Source: an uncultured virus (IMG/VR IMGVR_UViG_3300028569_000012) (lineage: Duplodnaviria; Heunggongvirae; Uroviricota; Caudoviricetes). From it: a stretch of DNA of 62,769 nt. Below, piece by piece: positions 17,970 through 31,100 of the stretch; positions within the stretch are counted from its first letter, which is position 1; each line of letters begins with the position of its first letter. The DNA lies in the IMG/VR virus record IMGVR_UViG_3300028569_000012. One strand, given 5' to 3'. The notes below the pieces were generated by a model. The model was not told the DNA's origin. It did not search any database and saw only the letters and a list, made by a program, of their open reading frames with translations. Position numbers and translations under genes: made by a program.

Positions 17970-19817
17970 ATGCAGACTCCACCTCCAAATCCCCCAGCAG
18001 GCCCTAATACGGGAAGTATTACAAATGCCCAAAGTCTATTAGATGCGTTCAACCGAGGAGTTAGAGATGCTTTTGATAATTTAGCAAATGAAGTTACAAC
18101 TTTAGATCAACAATTTGCAACATTCGGTACACAGGTTGCTGGTGTCATGGGCCAGACACAAATGGCTATCCGAGGACTACGTGAGGAAACCGCAATTGCC
18201 CTTCCATCTGTAGTCGGATTAGGTGGAACTCTAACCGATGTACAGAACATACAACTCGGTGTTACAAAAGCACTTAACACAAATATAATTCTTTTGGGTG
18301 AACAAGCATCGGACTTGTTTGTCGCATCTAAAGCTGTTGGAGTTGCTTCCGCGAATGTCGGAGAAATGGCGGCTGAGTTTGAGAACGCTGGTATATCTAC
18401 AGGTTTAATCCGTGATAATATTCAAGCATCTGTTGATGTAGCACGAAGAGTTGGTGTCAATACTTCGGCAGTTTTTGAGTTGGTACAAAATAATCTTTCA
18501 AGACTCAACGAGTTTGGATTCCAAAATGGTGCCGAAGGATTAGCACGGATGGCAGCAACATCGGCTGGACTACGTTTGAATATGAGAGATATATTCAACT
18601 TCGCCGAAAGAGTATTTGATCCTGAGGGAGCAATAAATGCTGTTGCGGCTTTTCAAAGATTGGGTGTTGCTGCGGGTGATTTAGCAGACCCCTTTAGATT
18701 GATGTATTTAGCCTCGGAAGATGTTGAAGAACTGAATCGTCAAGTAATCAACATGACAGAACAGTTTACATATTTTGATGAAACTACCAAAGAATTTAAG
18801 GTATTCCCTAACGCTAAAAGAGATCTAAGAGAAATTTCAAAGGAGACTGGAATTGCATATGAAGAAATGATAAAAATGTCTTTTGGTCAACAAAAGTTAA
18901 ACATGATTACAAAAGACTTCAGGATTGCAGGGATTGATGAGGATTCTAAACAATTTGTTGCAAATGTGGCTCAATTTAGTAAAGAAAGAGGAGGATTTAC
19001 GGTAAAGATTGGTAAAGATGAAAAATTAATCAGCGAGTTAGACAGCAAAGACCTCGATGAGATCAAAAAAATCGGACAGGAACCTGTAACATTAGAGGAT
19101 ATAGCACGAGCACAACTGACAGAATCACAACTGCTAAATTCCTTGATTAATAAATTTATAACCTCTGTTGCGGCACCCACAGCAGCCTCGAGAGGGTTTA
19201 CGGACGTAAGAGAAGTGTTGAGAGGAACTCTTGCTGGTTTGGACAAGGGTGTTGAACAATCCTTTGGGAATCAACGAGGAGCTCAAGCTAATATAAATAA
19301 GTCTTTAGAGGAAATGGGTACTAGTATATCTGATCTTATGAGCGGAAAAGGTAGTTTTAAACAACTTTCAGATGTTTTGGGTGGAGTTATTGGGGATCTT
19401 GAAACTGGTCTTACAAATGTTGGTAAGATCTTTACTGAGGTTCCCTATGCTGACATTGCCCAAAAATATATATCATCAGGAAATTTGGTAGCACAAGGAG
19501 CGACAGCCGCTATGACCGGTCTTACTACTTTTGGTGAGAAAGCTAAGAATTTCTTCTTCGATGAGACTGACACCAAAAAGACTACTATTACAACGGTACC
19601 AAGTGCTACAAAGGTAGAATTCTCTGAAATCAAATATCAAGGTAATGTTAATGTAACTCTAAACACACCAACAGGAGCACCTCAAACATTCTCGATTACA
19701 GATCAAATGGCTTACGACTTATTTCAAAACTCGACATTTCAAAAACTTAACCAAAATGCTCTTCAAAATGCTATGAGTCAACCACAATATTCAGCATTAC
19801 CTAATTCGGCTAAATAA
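17970..19817 (+). CDS. Putative tape measure protein
   Basis: Ala/Gly/Gln-rich helical composition; canonical position after the chaperone. Confidence 0.65.
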   Translation: MQTPPPNPPAGPNTGSITNAQSLLDAFNRGVRDAFDNLANEVTTLDQQFATFGTQVAGVMGQTQMAIRGLREETAIALPSVVGLGGTLTDVQNIQLGVTKALNTNIILLGEQASDLFVASKAVGVASANVGEMAAEFENAGISTGLIRDNIQASVDVARRVGVNTSAVFELVQNNLSRLNEFGFQNGAEGLARMAATSAGLRLNMRDIFNFAERVFDPEGAINAVAAFQRLGVAAGDLADPFRLMYLASEDVEELNRQVINMTEQFTYFDETTKEFKVFPNAKRDLREISKETGIAYEEMIKMSFGQQKLNMITKDFRIAGIDEDSKQFVANVAQFSKERGGFTVKIGKDEKLISELDSKDLDEIKKIGQEPVTLEDIARAQLTESQLLNSLINKFITSVAAPTAASRGFTDVREVLRGTLAGLDKGVEQSFGNQRGAQANINKSLEEMGTSISDLMSGKGSFKQLSDVLGGVIGDLETGLTNVGKIFTEVPYADIAQKYISSGNLVAQGATAAMTGLTTFGEKAKNFFFDETDTKKTTITTVPSATKVEFSEIKYQGNVNVTLNTPTGAPQTFSITDQMAYDLFQNSTFQKLNQNALQNAMSQPQYSALPNSAK

Positions 19818-19838
19818 ATAAAAAAAACAAAAATATTC

Positions 19839-19846
19839 TATTTATA
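19839..19846 (+). promoter_or_regulatory. TATTTATA putative late promoter motif
   Basis: 16 nt upstream of ATG 19863. Confidence 0.55.
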
Positions 19847-19862
19847 GAAATAAGATTAGAGA

Positions 19863-22800
19863 ATGCCAAGTCAATTATCATTCGCAGCTACAAAATTTCT
19901 AAGGGATAAATTACTTCTTAGAAATCTCACACCATATACCAAAGTTGGTGTGTTTTCGCCGCCATCACAACCTGCAACAGGTAGCCTGATTCAGAATGAT
20001 TTTAATGTCATAGATTCTCCTGATGTTTTAATTGACGCAAATCCATTCGCAAATCAACTTGGTGTAAAAAACGAATATGGGCCCGAAGGAGGTTATGATC
20101 TTTCAATCAGTGGATTGATAAATACGGCTCAAAATTTATCGAACCAAGGTCCTTATGGACCCTATCCCCCTTACACACAAGCCCTACAGGTTTATTCAAC
20201 GACATTTCAGAAAGCCCAATATATCAAAAATGAATATACACCACCCCTTGGTTTTATTCGATACTATGACATCAGTGATATTATAAGGGTACAGAGAAAT
20301 ACTACATATTGGGAGCCACCAAGTTTCCAACCATCAACATATACCCCTTACGCTATTTTATTACAGGATGACCCATCTGGTTTTCCTGGTCCCGTGTCTG
20401 ATGACTCTTATATGATGCAAGTTGCCGCTGAAAGGGCTAAGTACAGTTTTAGGCAAAGAGTAGATCAAAATGTAAGGACTGAAACGATAGGACGTGTAAA
20501 TATTCTAAACTCTTTACAGGATCCCATCAACCTATCACAGATATTAGCGGGAAGAAGACCGATAGCCGATAGAGATTGGAAAATCACCTCAGGGGGTGGA
20601 AATATCATTTCTCAAGGTATGGATATTGTTCAAAGGATTGCTGGTTTTACATTACCATTTTCACCAATACCAGGGGATTATTTCAACCAAGATAATATAC
20701 AACGAGATTTTGATTCAACACAATCGTTGGTTCGTTCACAACAAAGTATAGTTGGAAGAATTGTTGGTGGACTATTTGGATTAAGTGGAGCAAGACCAAG
20801 GTCTCCATCGCAATTGTTTTTAGATTTCACAGGTGGTGGTCAAAGAGCCCAACTTACCTATAACTTAGATTTTAACAGATACAGACCTCAGTACAATACT
20901 GGTGGTACAGGAATAATTTCAGCCTTAGGAAATGCCATTATCGGTGGATTTGCCCGAAACGCGGCAAACGGAACATACTACGTCGGTGGTCCTGAAAGAG
21001 AACCGACTTATTTAGTTTCACCTCCTGGTCAAGTTCCTATAAACTCACTTGGGCAGCAGGTGTTGGCACCTGTTTATGGTCCTGACATTTTGGCAATTGA
21101 TTTTGAGGGTGCAGATCAGAACTTTCAGTTTGGTTTAGCGGGTCGAGCATTCGAGGACAACGGAAACCTCAGTGGTGGTTTTACGTGGGTCAGTCCCAAA
21201 TGGGCACCAAACGCTGGTAGACGACAAAGACCTGGTGGGGATTATTCGACACAAGACTCTGATTTCCCACTTATCGCAGGTCAATTCCAATCAACGGAAT
21301 CGATAAGATATGTCCTAAGACCGGGTTCGATACTCGATAATACACAGAGACTTGTTGACTCGGTTCCAAATACAGGAGCACGATTCGCCCACGTTGGAAA
21401 CGCAATTGATCAAACATCAAAAGTTTTCTTCGATGGATATAAAGAAATAACAAAAGGTTCACAAGTAATCAGATATTCAGACGGACAAGAAAATGTCGGA
21501 ATCGAATATTGTAGAACCTTCACCAAAGATACTCCTTACTACACCTACAACGATCTACAAAAAAGTGAGGGGAATATCCGTAAGTCAGCATATTCTGTGT
21601 TGGACTCTACGTTCAACCTCAACATCACCCCAACAAAAGGTACTGATTCAACAAATATTATAAACGGACAGGTTACCAAATATATGTTCTCTATAGAGAA
21701 CTTAGCATGGAGAACAGGTAGTAGACCTGGATTTAGGGTATCGGATCTACCAGACTGTGAAAAAGGACCTAACGGAGGAAGAATCATGTGGTTCCCACCC
21801 TATGATCTTACCTTCAACGAAGATACCACCGCAGACTTTAATAATACCTCGTTTCTTGGACGACCTGAACCAGTATATACATACAAAAGCACCTCACGAA
21901 GCGGAACAATAAAATGGAAGATTATTGTCGATCATCCTTCTATCCTTAATTTGATCGTCAATAAGGTGTTGGCTAACGAGGGAGATCGTCAAAAAGTGGA
22001 CTCTATAGTAAACTCGTTTTTTGCTGGATGTAAAAAATACGATCTCTATGAGTTGGCTAAAATATATAACACCGTCCCCCTTACCGAACTTCAAGCGTGG
22101 CAAGAAATTGTTAATAATCCAAATATATCGAATGAACAGCAACAAACCGCACAACAGAATATTAACACCGAGCAGAGTGTTGCACCAACGGGTGGTGGAG
22201 CGGGATCAAGTGCTACAGAGGGGGTATCTACGGATGCATTAAAAAAATATGAAAATTACGCCTTCTATTTTGACAATGATATTCCTGGTACTAACCCCGC
22301 CCTAACAACTAGTGTTAATTACCAACAAACATATACAACATACACCTCTACAAGTAATATCACCAAATACAAAGATAGTTCTTTAGAACCAACAGGTGTT
22401 GAACTTTTCTTTAGTGATACTGTTGAAGAAAACTTTAGTCAGATGGAAAAGTTAGGTGTTGAGATATATGAATTGTTCGAGCAAAAACAAGCACAAAAGG
22501 TTGTGATAACCTTGGTCGGAAGTGCATCAGCACCTGCTGAGGTTTCTTATAATGAGAAATTGTCGTCTCGAAGAATTGATAGTGTTATTAAATTTTTTAA
22601 CACTTATACCTTTCCTAATCAAAAAAGTTTGTCAAGTTATATATCCTCAGGTCAATTAATTTTTGTTCCCGACCCACAAGGTGAAGTAAGTATCGCTAAC
22701 CCAAGGGGTAAGGTTACAACATTTGGACCATTTAGATGTACTTCGGTACTTACGGGTCAAAACAAAATATATTCAGTAAATGCAATGGCTTGTAGGGCAA

Positions 22801-24806
22801 CCACCGTAAAAAGTATTGTTGTAGAACCGATTGCCATAAATGCACAACCGACAAATATTGGTGTTCAGGCTAATTTGGCGAAAGATGGTTTAAAAGAACA
22901 ACCTATAAAACCTGGTAGTGAAAAGTTAGTGGAAGTGGTTCAACCAACTCAAGCTCTATACAAAGGAGCTTCGAAAAAACTTTTGAGATTTTTGTTGAGT
23001 GAGTGTGACTATTTTGAGGTAATGAAGGTGGATAATCCAATGATATACGATTCGATAAAAGAAAAGATAAAATATTTCCAACCTTCTTTTCACTCTATGA
23101 CACCTGAGGGATTAAACGCACGACTAACCTTCCTTCAACAATGTATGAGACCCGGTGATACTATACCAACAATTGAAACCGGTCCAAATGGTGTTGCTGA
23201 AAAAAAGTATAACGATGCTATAAACACATCATTCGGGGCACCACCAGTGTTGGTTTTGAGGGTTGGTGATTTTTATAACACCAAGATAATACCAAAAGGT
23301 TTAAGTTTTAATTATGACAAAACTTTTGATCTGAACCCTGAGGGTATTGGTTTTCAACCTATGATTGTTGATGTTAGTTTATCATTCAATATGGTTGGTG
23401 GGAATGGATTGAGAAACCCTATCGACACCTTACAAAACGCTTTATCCTTTAACTATTATGCCAATACTGAAATGTATGATGAAAGGGCAGAAGCAACTGA
23501 AGATACAAGTAGGTTAGACAAAGAAATTGTTGATGCACTGAATCGACAAAATCCTGTTGTTGGAGCATCTAACGTATCGACAGAAGTAACGACAGATGGG
23601 GGAAATACCATCGGTATCCAATCAATAACAGGTCAAACAGCCTCGGGATCAACAGGAACAATTGTATATAAAAATTCGATGAATAAGTTAGTCGAACAAA
23701 CCCAAGCTTATTTTAGTGGAACATTTACATATTTTGAAAACATTTTGGGTAATTACAATTATGGTATTTTATCACTTTTAAATAGTAATTTACGAAACAA
23801 TCAAGGATATAATACAGGAACTATTAACGCGACCACAACGGCAATTTATGGTAAACCTTTACAATATCAAACATATATCGATAACTCATTTACTAAATTA
23901 TTGAAAGCAATCAATGATAATGACATTCCAATTTTTTCAAATCCTTCGTTTGAAAATCCTCAGATTACAAATGCACAGAAAAGGTTGTTCAAGAAAAATT
24001 ACAACGATTATGTTTTGACCTATAAGAGTGGTTTCCTAAATGGTATAAGTGAAAATATTACAACTTTAGTTCAAATCGAACAACAATTGGTTTTCAACAT
24101 CGATAGAATTAACTTTGTTCTCAACGGACCTACTGTTGGTACAAATGGTTATGATGGTAAGATAAACACGCAGAATATATCGGAAATATTTACAACTACA
24201 GGAACCACTGAAGTGGTAAATCAAGTTTCGGTTAACTCATATACTAAATTGGGTATAGATACAACTTTGTTGGCAACTAATATTGGTAGTTTTTTAACAG
24301 ATCTAACTGCAGCTAATTTGTATGTGGGTAGTTCCTATGATAAAAATACGGGATCATATACACCATCCGCCTCTGATACGATAACAAACACCTTACTTCC
24401 TACAGACGATGATAAATTAGAATACATGATGATGTCAAGAGCCTTACTTATTGATTCCAATAGACAAGGGTTTATAGATGCATTAAAAGTGGGTTTGGAT
24501 TTAGCTACGAGTAATGCAATTGATTTTTACTATAATGGTTTAAATAATGTCGATTCACGTCTTAATATATGGAAAAAGATCAATGACAATAACAAAGCAA
24601 TTTTACAAACATACAGAACGAGCACTACTGGCTTGATTTATGACAAATACACACCAACATTTGGAACATCACAAGAAAGATTGGTTTTATTTTCTACTGA
24701 TCTATCTGCAACAAATCAAACTAAGAAAACACTTCAGGACATTTATGCCCCCAAAAATAACACGGCACAGACAAACCCGTATAACTTCAAACGAAAATTT
24801 AACTAA
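19863..24806 (+). CDS. Giant baseplate/tail-tube-initiator-like protein with internal OmpA-like domain
   Basis: MWFPPYDLTFNE...FLGRPEPVYTY...RSG and FGAPPVLVLRVGDFY flank FYFDND...LVGSAS...YNEKLSSRRIDSV. Confidence 0.55.
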   Translation: MPSQLSFAATKFLRDKLLLRNLTPYTKVGVFSPPSQPATGSLIQNDFNVIDSPDVLIDANPFANQLGVKNEYGPEGGYDLSISGLINTAQNLSNQGPYGPYPPYTQALQVYSTTFQKAQYIKNEYTPPLGFIRYYDISDIIRVQRNTTYWEPPSFQPSTYTPYAILLQDDPSGFPGPVSDDSYMMQVAAERAKYSFRQRVDQNVRTETIGRVNILNSLQDPINLSQILAGRRPIADRDWKITSGGGNIISQGMDIVQRIAGFTLPFSPIPGDYFNQDNIQRDFDSTQSLVRSQQSIVGRIVGGLFGLSGARPRSPSQLFLDFTGGGQRAQLTYNLDFNRYRPQYNTGGTGIISALGNAIIGGFARNAANGTYYVGGPEREPTYLVSPPGQVPINSLGQQVLAPVYGPDILAIDFEGADQNFQFGLAGRAFEDNGNLSGGFTWVSPKWAPNAGRRQRPGGDYSTQDSDFPLIAGQFQSTESIRYVLRPGSILDNTQRLVDSVPNTGARFAHVGNAIDQTSKVFFDGYKEITKGSQVIRYSDGQENVGIEYCRTFTKDTPYYTYNDLQKSEGNIRKSAYSVLDSTFNLNITPTKGTDSTNIINGQVTKYMFSIENLAWRTGSRPGFRVSDLPDCEKGPNGGRIMWFPPYDLTFNEDTTADFNNTSFLGRPEPVYTYKSTSRSGTIKWKIIVDHPSILNLIVNKVLANEGDRQKVDSIVNSFFAGCKKYDLYELAKIYNTVPLTELQAWQEIVNNPNISNEQQQTAQQNINTEQSVAPTGGGAGSSATEGVSTDALKKYENYAFYFDNDIPGTNPALTTSVNYQQTYTTYTSTSNITKYKDSSLEPTGVELFFSDTVEENFSQMEKLGVEIYELFEQKQAQKVVITLVGSASAPAEVSYNEKLSSRRIDSVIKFFNTYTFPNQKSLSSYISSGQLIFVPDPQGEVSIANPRGKVTTFGPFRCTSVLTGQNKIYSVNAMACRATTVKSIVVEPIAINAQPTNIGVQANLAKDGLKEQPIKPGSEKLVEVVQPTQALYKGASKKLLRFLLSECDYFEVMKVDNPMIYDSIKEKIKYFQPSFHSMTPEGLNARLTFLQQCMRPGDTIPTIETGPNGVAEKKYNDAINTSFGAPPVLVLRVGDFYNTKIIPKGLSFNYDKTFDLNPEGIGFQPMIVDVSLSFNMVGGNGLRNPIDTLQNALSFNYYANTEMYDERAEATEDTSRLDKEIVDALNRQNPVVGASNVSTEVTTDGGNTIGIQSITGQTASGSTGTIVYKNSMNKLVEQTQAYFSGTFTYFENILGNYNYGILSLLNSNLRNNQGYNTGTINATTTAIYGKPLQYQTYIDNSFTKLLKAINDNDIPIFSNPSFENPQITNAQKRLFKKNYNDYVLTYKSGFLNGISENITTLVQIEQQLVFNIDRINFVLNGPTVGTNGYDGKINTQNISEIFTTTGTTEVVNQVSVNSYTKLGIDTTLLATNIGSFLTDLTAANLYVGSSYDKNTGSYTPSASDTITNTLLPTDDDKLEYMMMSRALLIDSNRQGFIDALKVGLDLATSNAIDFYYNGLNNVDSRLNIWKKINDNNKAILQTYRTSTTGLIYDKYTPTFGTSQERLVLFSTDLSATNQTKKTLQDIYAPKNNTAQTNPYNFKRKFN

Positions 24807-25126
24807 TGGACGCTTATTATAATAGATACCAACAATTTTTTGTGAACGGAGAACAAACGGTTGTGCCTTTTGTACCACTTCCTAGTAAGACATCAGACCA
24901 AAGATTTATTTACCGAACAGGTATAAGTAGGTTGGACAAGGTATCACAAGAGTTTTATGGTACTCCTTTTTTTAGTTGGTTAATTTTACAGGCAAACCCT
25001 CAATACGGTGGATTGGAGTGGAACATACCCAACAATTCTATCTTGACAATTCCTTACCCTCTCATATCTTCATTACAGGACTATAAAAATGGTATAGACA
25101 ACTACTTCCTCTACTATGGCAGATAA
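24806..25126 (+). CDS. Baseplate wedge protein, gp53/LysM-like
   Basis: RLDKVSQEFYGTP..WLILQANP...ILTIP pattern. Confidence 0.7.
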   Translation: MDAYYNRYQQFFVNGEQTVVPFVPLPSKTSDQRFIYRTGISRLDKVSQEFYGTPFFSWLILQANPQYGGLEWNIPNNSILTIPYPLISSLQDYKNGIDNYFLYYGR

Positions 25127-28100
25127 CATAACGACTAATGACAATATTTTTGTCGACTTTGACTGTCAAAACATTATATTAGTAGATCCCAATAAAACAC
25201 AGAATATAAATGGTTCTGTATCAGAGAGGAAACTAGCTCATGAGAATTTGGTAATGTATGCTAATTTGGAGGCAAGGGTCATTCCTCGTACGAAGTTAGC
25301 TGTCGGATCCCCAATTAGTGATGCTATTCAAAATGTTCAGTTGGCGACTATGAACTTCTTGAGACCAGGAGGACGTACCACACTCAGGAATGATTACTTA
25401 GATGAAATTACAGGTCTAAATACCGTCAATGGTAAAGGTACTAATCAACCAAGTAGAACAAAAATCACTCAAGAAAACAAAACAGACGAATTTTATTTTA
25501 GTCAAAATGTTATAAATTCTTTGGACACTGGTTTACTTGGAATTGAGTCAATAAGGATAAAAAACACAAGAAGTGCCACACCAACTGTTGATATAGTTTT
25601 GATTGATACACAGGGTAGAGCTTTATTTGAAAAAGGTGAAAACTCAGAATATGCCGCATTTTTTAATCTTCCATACCCAATATTCTTTTTGACACTAAAA
25701 GGATTTTACGGAAAGGCTATAAAGTATCAACTTGTAATGACAAACTTTTCTGCGGCTTTCGAGGGTAATTCTGGGAACTACAGAATAAGTTTAAAGTTTT
25801 ATTCTTACAAATATACCATTTTAGCCGAAACACAGGTTGGTGCCTTGTTTGCAACACCATTTATGTACACTTCTGATTTCAGAGTACAATCTAGTGGACA
25901 GGAACCACCCGCGATTCAAGCCGCAAGAGCAAGTGTTGGTAACGATTTAACCTTAACATCTAATGTAAGAACAACAAAAGGTCAGTCCAATATCAATAAC
26001 ATGTATGCAAAATACAAACGATTGGGATTAATATCACCTGATTTACCTGAACTTTCAGTACCATCTTTATTAGCACGATTAGAATTATTAGAAAAAAATA
26101 TTTTGCAGGGATTTGGACAAACAGATTTTACACCTTTATCAGATATACAGAATTACATAAAATTAATTAACGATTTTTATAATGATGTTTATGGTAATGA
26201 TGACACATCTTGGTTCTCGAGATATATCGATCGAACACAGGTATTTGTCTACAAAGGAAGGAAAGAAGACACCGCAGAAAATACAGAACCTGAAGTTTTA
26301 CAGACATATGTTTTCAAGAACAATATCAACAACACTCAAGCTCAGTTAGATGCTTACAGTCAGTTAGTACAACTTGTAACAAACTATAAAAGTGCTTTAG
26401 CAAAAAACCCCACCTTAGGATTAAATGGTTCTTTTACAATCGATAATATTACTGATAGTACAACAAAGATCACCACTATTGATAAAATTATAATTAATAA
26501 TCCTTCAAAAAGTGTCAACAACGATAATGTTCTAATTGAGGATACTTTCAGAAAAGCAATTACATCAAAAGAAATTGATTTCGAGAAAACTTTCGAACAA
26601 AGAAACAAAAGAAAACCAACTCAAACAGAATTAATACAGTTTGAATCTGAAAACCTAAAGTTTTTTAGACCAACGGCAATTCGTGTTGGTAATGAAGTTG
26701 CTACCTATCCGACGTATAATTTTGTATTTGACGGTGAAAACAATTTTGATGGTTTATACAATCAAATTATTGGTGATATATCTAAACAAAAAGAAAAAGT
26801 TGTTTTAGCTCTCACAGTTTTTTTGAATAAAAAAATTGAAGGACCAAATGGTTTAGGATTCAGGCCTACGATAAAAAATATTATGGCAATGATTTTTGCC
26901 TCTGTCGAGGCATTTTATTTGATGATGGATGACGTACATAGTTCAGCTTGGAGTCAACGAACTAATCCAAAAAGAAAACAAGCAATTTTCAATAATACAT
27001 TGAGTTCAGCGAGTTCTGACACTAAAGATAATACGCCCACACTTGAAATTCAGAGTTTATCTGAAATACCTGTTTATCCTTGGCCACAATATTTTGTCGA
27101 TACTAATTCGGAAGACGATGAGCCATTTGAGTTAAGATATCCTGGAGATAAATCAGAAATATCAAGAACTGGTGCGAATGATTTCCAATCATGGCCCGAA
27201 GTTGAATTTGTTGAAGAATACATCAAAGGAATATCAAGAACTGCTGATAACCCACCAGCACCAAATGGAAATGCTAACTTGTCTCGAACTATTCTTAGAT
27301 TATCGGCAAATGGTATCGAATTTCCGATGACCAATATTCCATATTCGGACTATCAGGTTGTTAAATTCCTCTATGAAATTTACGAAAGAGTTTTCTTAGC
27401 TTCATATTGGGATAGATTTTCTAAAGGAATTCCGCAAGATTTAGAGTTATACAAAACATTATCGGATATTGAAAATATCAATATCCAAACATCTTTATTA
27501 GGATCAAGTCCAAGTCTGACCAAAACCTTAAAAAATCTTGCATTCACTTCTGCAAATTATTTAGAAGTTCTTAGAAGTGCATCGAATGATGGACAAGGAC
27601 CAAGTTATCAACAATTAATTAGAGGTGAATTCACATCTGATTATCTAAGGGCAATTACTACAAAAGATTTTTCAATTTTGTCTAACACGAGCATATCGAA
27701 TGCTTCCGAATCGACCGCACAGACTGTCGAATCTTATAGTAAACTAACTGAGTTTGTAAGATCAACAAAATCGAATCAAACTGATATAGCGGATCTTTAT
27801 CCGTTTGTCTACTCGCCTTGGACAACTACAAATTTGGGTAGTTCTGCCGGGAATGACAATCCCTTCGATACAACACATAGTTTATTTGTAAATGATACCA
27901 AAAAGTTTATAACTAATTATCAGACAAACTTTAACCAAAATAATAATCGGCCGTTTACAAACTCTGATTTTTTAAGTGTAAACACACCAAACCTTGACGA
28001 CTCAAACGGTCAAACAAAAGATTTAAATACATTTTACACTGAACGTCGTTCTGAAAAGTTATTTGTTACAGAGGGTCCACTTACTTATCAGAACAAGACT

Positions 28101-31100
28101 GGTAATTTAGCAGGAGACCAAACCACATCGATGTTTAATACACCATTTTTTATAAATGCTATAAACGAAGGTGTTGAGTTAGATAGGAATGGAGGTTCAT
28201 TATATCCGTATGTAAAACCAGCTTATTTATTTTTAAACTCTCTTCCACTGATCACATTGAGAGAAAGGTACAAGAATGTTGAACCAACAATTGTTGAGGA
28301 GTTAGATTTTATGTTTTCTACACTCACCAAGTTCGGAGGCGTTCACAAACTACCATACGCATGGATCTTAAGGTACGGATCTATTTGGTATAGATATAAA
28401 ACATATATTGAAACTAATGTTGATATATTAGATTCGGTTTGGAACAATATTGATTATTTAAATCTTTACGATCCGATTACTGATGACCTAGATAAAACCT
28501 ATAAGTTTAATAATCAGAAAAATACACCACTCGAGATTATTGGTCAAAACAATCTTGTAATTCAAATTACCAACCAAAATAACTTTTTACCCCTTGGATC
28601 ATTTACGAACTCGATTATGAACCTTGGTTTTTATCCCGGTATGATAAATAACATTTATTTTCTTATGACAGGTCAGGATTTGTTTACCACCTATAGTGAT
28701 ACGGAAATGAATGCGGCCATCTCAGAGGGTTTAAACGTAGGAAATATTAGTAATAGTAATATTGAATTACCATTAGGTTTTGATGCAAACGACCCAAGTA
28801 GACTTCTAACCTTAAGAACTTGGTTTACATCTTTTGACACAAAGGATTCAACTAAGTTTATCCCATCCCTGCAGAATCAAACAATTGTAATGCCTTGTTT
28901 TGGTTCCAATACAAATCAGGTATTATCAGAATGTTTTGAGGATAGTCCAACTGGAGAATTCATTACTCAAGAGGTATTGAACAACACCGCAGTATTCAAC
29001 GGTAGTTTCCGAACTTTTTGGCAAGCACCGAATTTCGGATACTTCGAACTACCGAGCATCGAAAAACCACAATATGATCAGTATTTCAAGTTAATAAAAC
29101 CCAACACAAAAAATTCAGAGGCTTTTAGTTTAGGGTCAGAGTATTCGTTTATTGAGGAGATATTTGGGGTATTTAAAACGGAAATATTGGATGAGTTTGA
29201 ACAAGAATTCTTAAAGTTTTCGGTAAGTACAAAAGACGTAGAAAAAGATGTCGTATCAGGACCAAGTTCTGTCAATAAGAACTTTCAATTTTTGATGCAA
29301 GAACTTTTGACTATTGATACTCCCGACAACCAAATCTCGTCAGAGGATTATGTCAAAAAAGTATCGGAAAAGCAGGCTATTAAAATTACTGACACAATCG
29401 AGACTTTCTTGAATTATGATGTGGTATTTCGTTACGGTAATCCAAGTAATTTTGATAGAAAATTATGGGGTTCATTTACTACCTTACCATCCAATAGGGT
29501 CTTTGATCCCTTTACGTATAATCCATATGTACAAAATACTTTACCATCGAGTAGTGGAACTATTACTCTTGCACAATCAATAGCCGCGTTTCCACAAGAG
29601 TGGAATTCGATGTATACCTATGTAGGTTTTGCAACGACACCTGACATGATTTATTCTAATACAGGGAGTTATTTTACAGACTTCTTTATCGATATGAATG
29701 TTCAGTTTACCGTTGCAAATGTTCAAACATTTGCACCCCTTATTAAGATTTATGGTACACAAAAATTGTTGGCTGATGGAAACTATGGGTCAACACAATT
29801 TATTGAGAACATCAACACATATTATACCGATAAAGATACCTTAGTAAGTCAAATTTTAACACAGCTATTTTTTAGTCTTCAAAAACAATTACCAAACGTA
29901 GAACAATCTAATGAAAAATTAATTCTTTCCGGTTTAGACGGAGATGAACAGAAATTAGAACTATGGGAAACATTCAAAGCCTTCAACGACAAATGGATAT
30001 CAGGTGGTGAATTCCAAAATAGAACCCTTTTTCAAGATGTTCTATTTTTAGATCGTGCAAATAGAGATATAGGAAATGAGGTTCTTTTAGATGTATTGAA
30101 ACTTAAGAATTTTTTATCAAGCACTGCTCAAACCAACGCTCGTATTATTGATTTTGTGAGTAAGATATTTGCCGACAACAAATTCCAAATGATGCCAATG
30201 CCGGCATACGTTAATTTTTGGGGTATAGGTGAGTCTGTTGATGGGCAGAGACCAAGGACAGAAACATCTCAGGATTTAGCAAATTCATTATTTGGAACTT
30301 ATCTTGAGGTTGATTACCGCGAATCATCACCCAAGTTAGTTTGTTACTTTGTAGGAAAACCTTCCGAACATCTTAACTTAAAGGAAAATCAAGATTACCG
30401 ATTTAAGACCGATGCCTTTACCTTCGAATGTGGGGGAAGGAATTCGTTATCGAGATCAACAGGTGAAGAAGTAAATTTTGCCTTATCCAATAAAGTTGTT
30501 GGATTTAATGTCGACTTTGGTAATAGAAATCAAGGTATATTTTATTCTATACAATTGGATCAAAATTCTGCTGCAGCCACGACGGAATCAAATAGGGTGA
30601 TTACGGGTATTGCTCTACAAGCTGGTGGTAAACGAGCTGTCGGACAAAGTCTTGGTCTATACAATTACTATAAAACAAGAAGTTACGAATGTAGAGTAGA
30701 ATCATTGGGTAATGTTATGATACAACCTACTATGTATTTTAATCTTCAACATGTTCCGATGTTTTATGGGCCTTATATGATACAATCGGTGGAACACGTC
30801 ATCGATGGTGGAGACTTCAAAACTTTTTTTACAGGACTCAGAATGCCAGTTGTATCGATACCAAAAATTACTAAACAAATTCTCAGTTTAAATCAGAGTT
30901 TGTTGAGTGAATTGGTGTTGGGTGTACAGAGACTAAAAGATACTGAATCACAAGTTGTTACAAAAAATGTTATTTCAGTTGGAAACTCCATACAAACAAA
31001 TCAAACCTTTACTCCAGCAGATCCTGTTAGATGTATTTCAGACATGCAAGTCGCAAATCAAAAATACAGAAACTATGTTGGTGTAGAATCAACAAAACGT

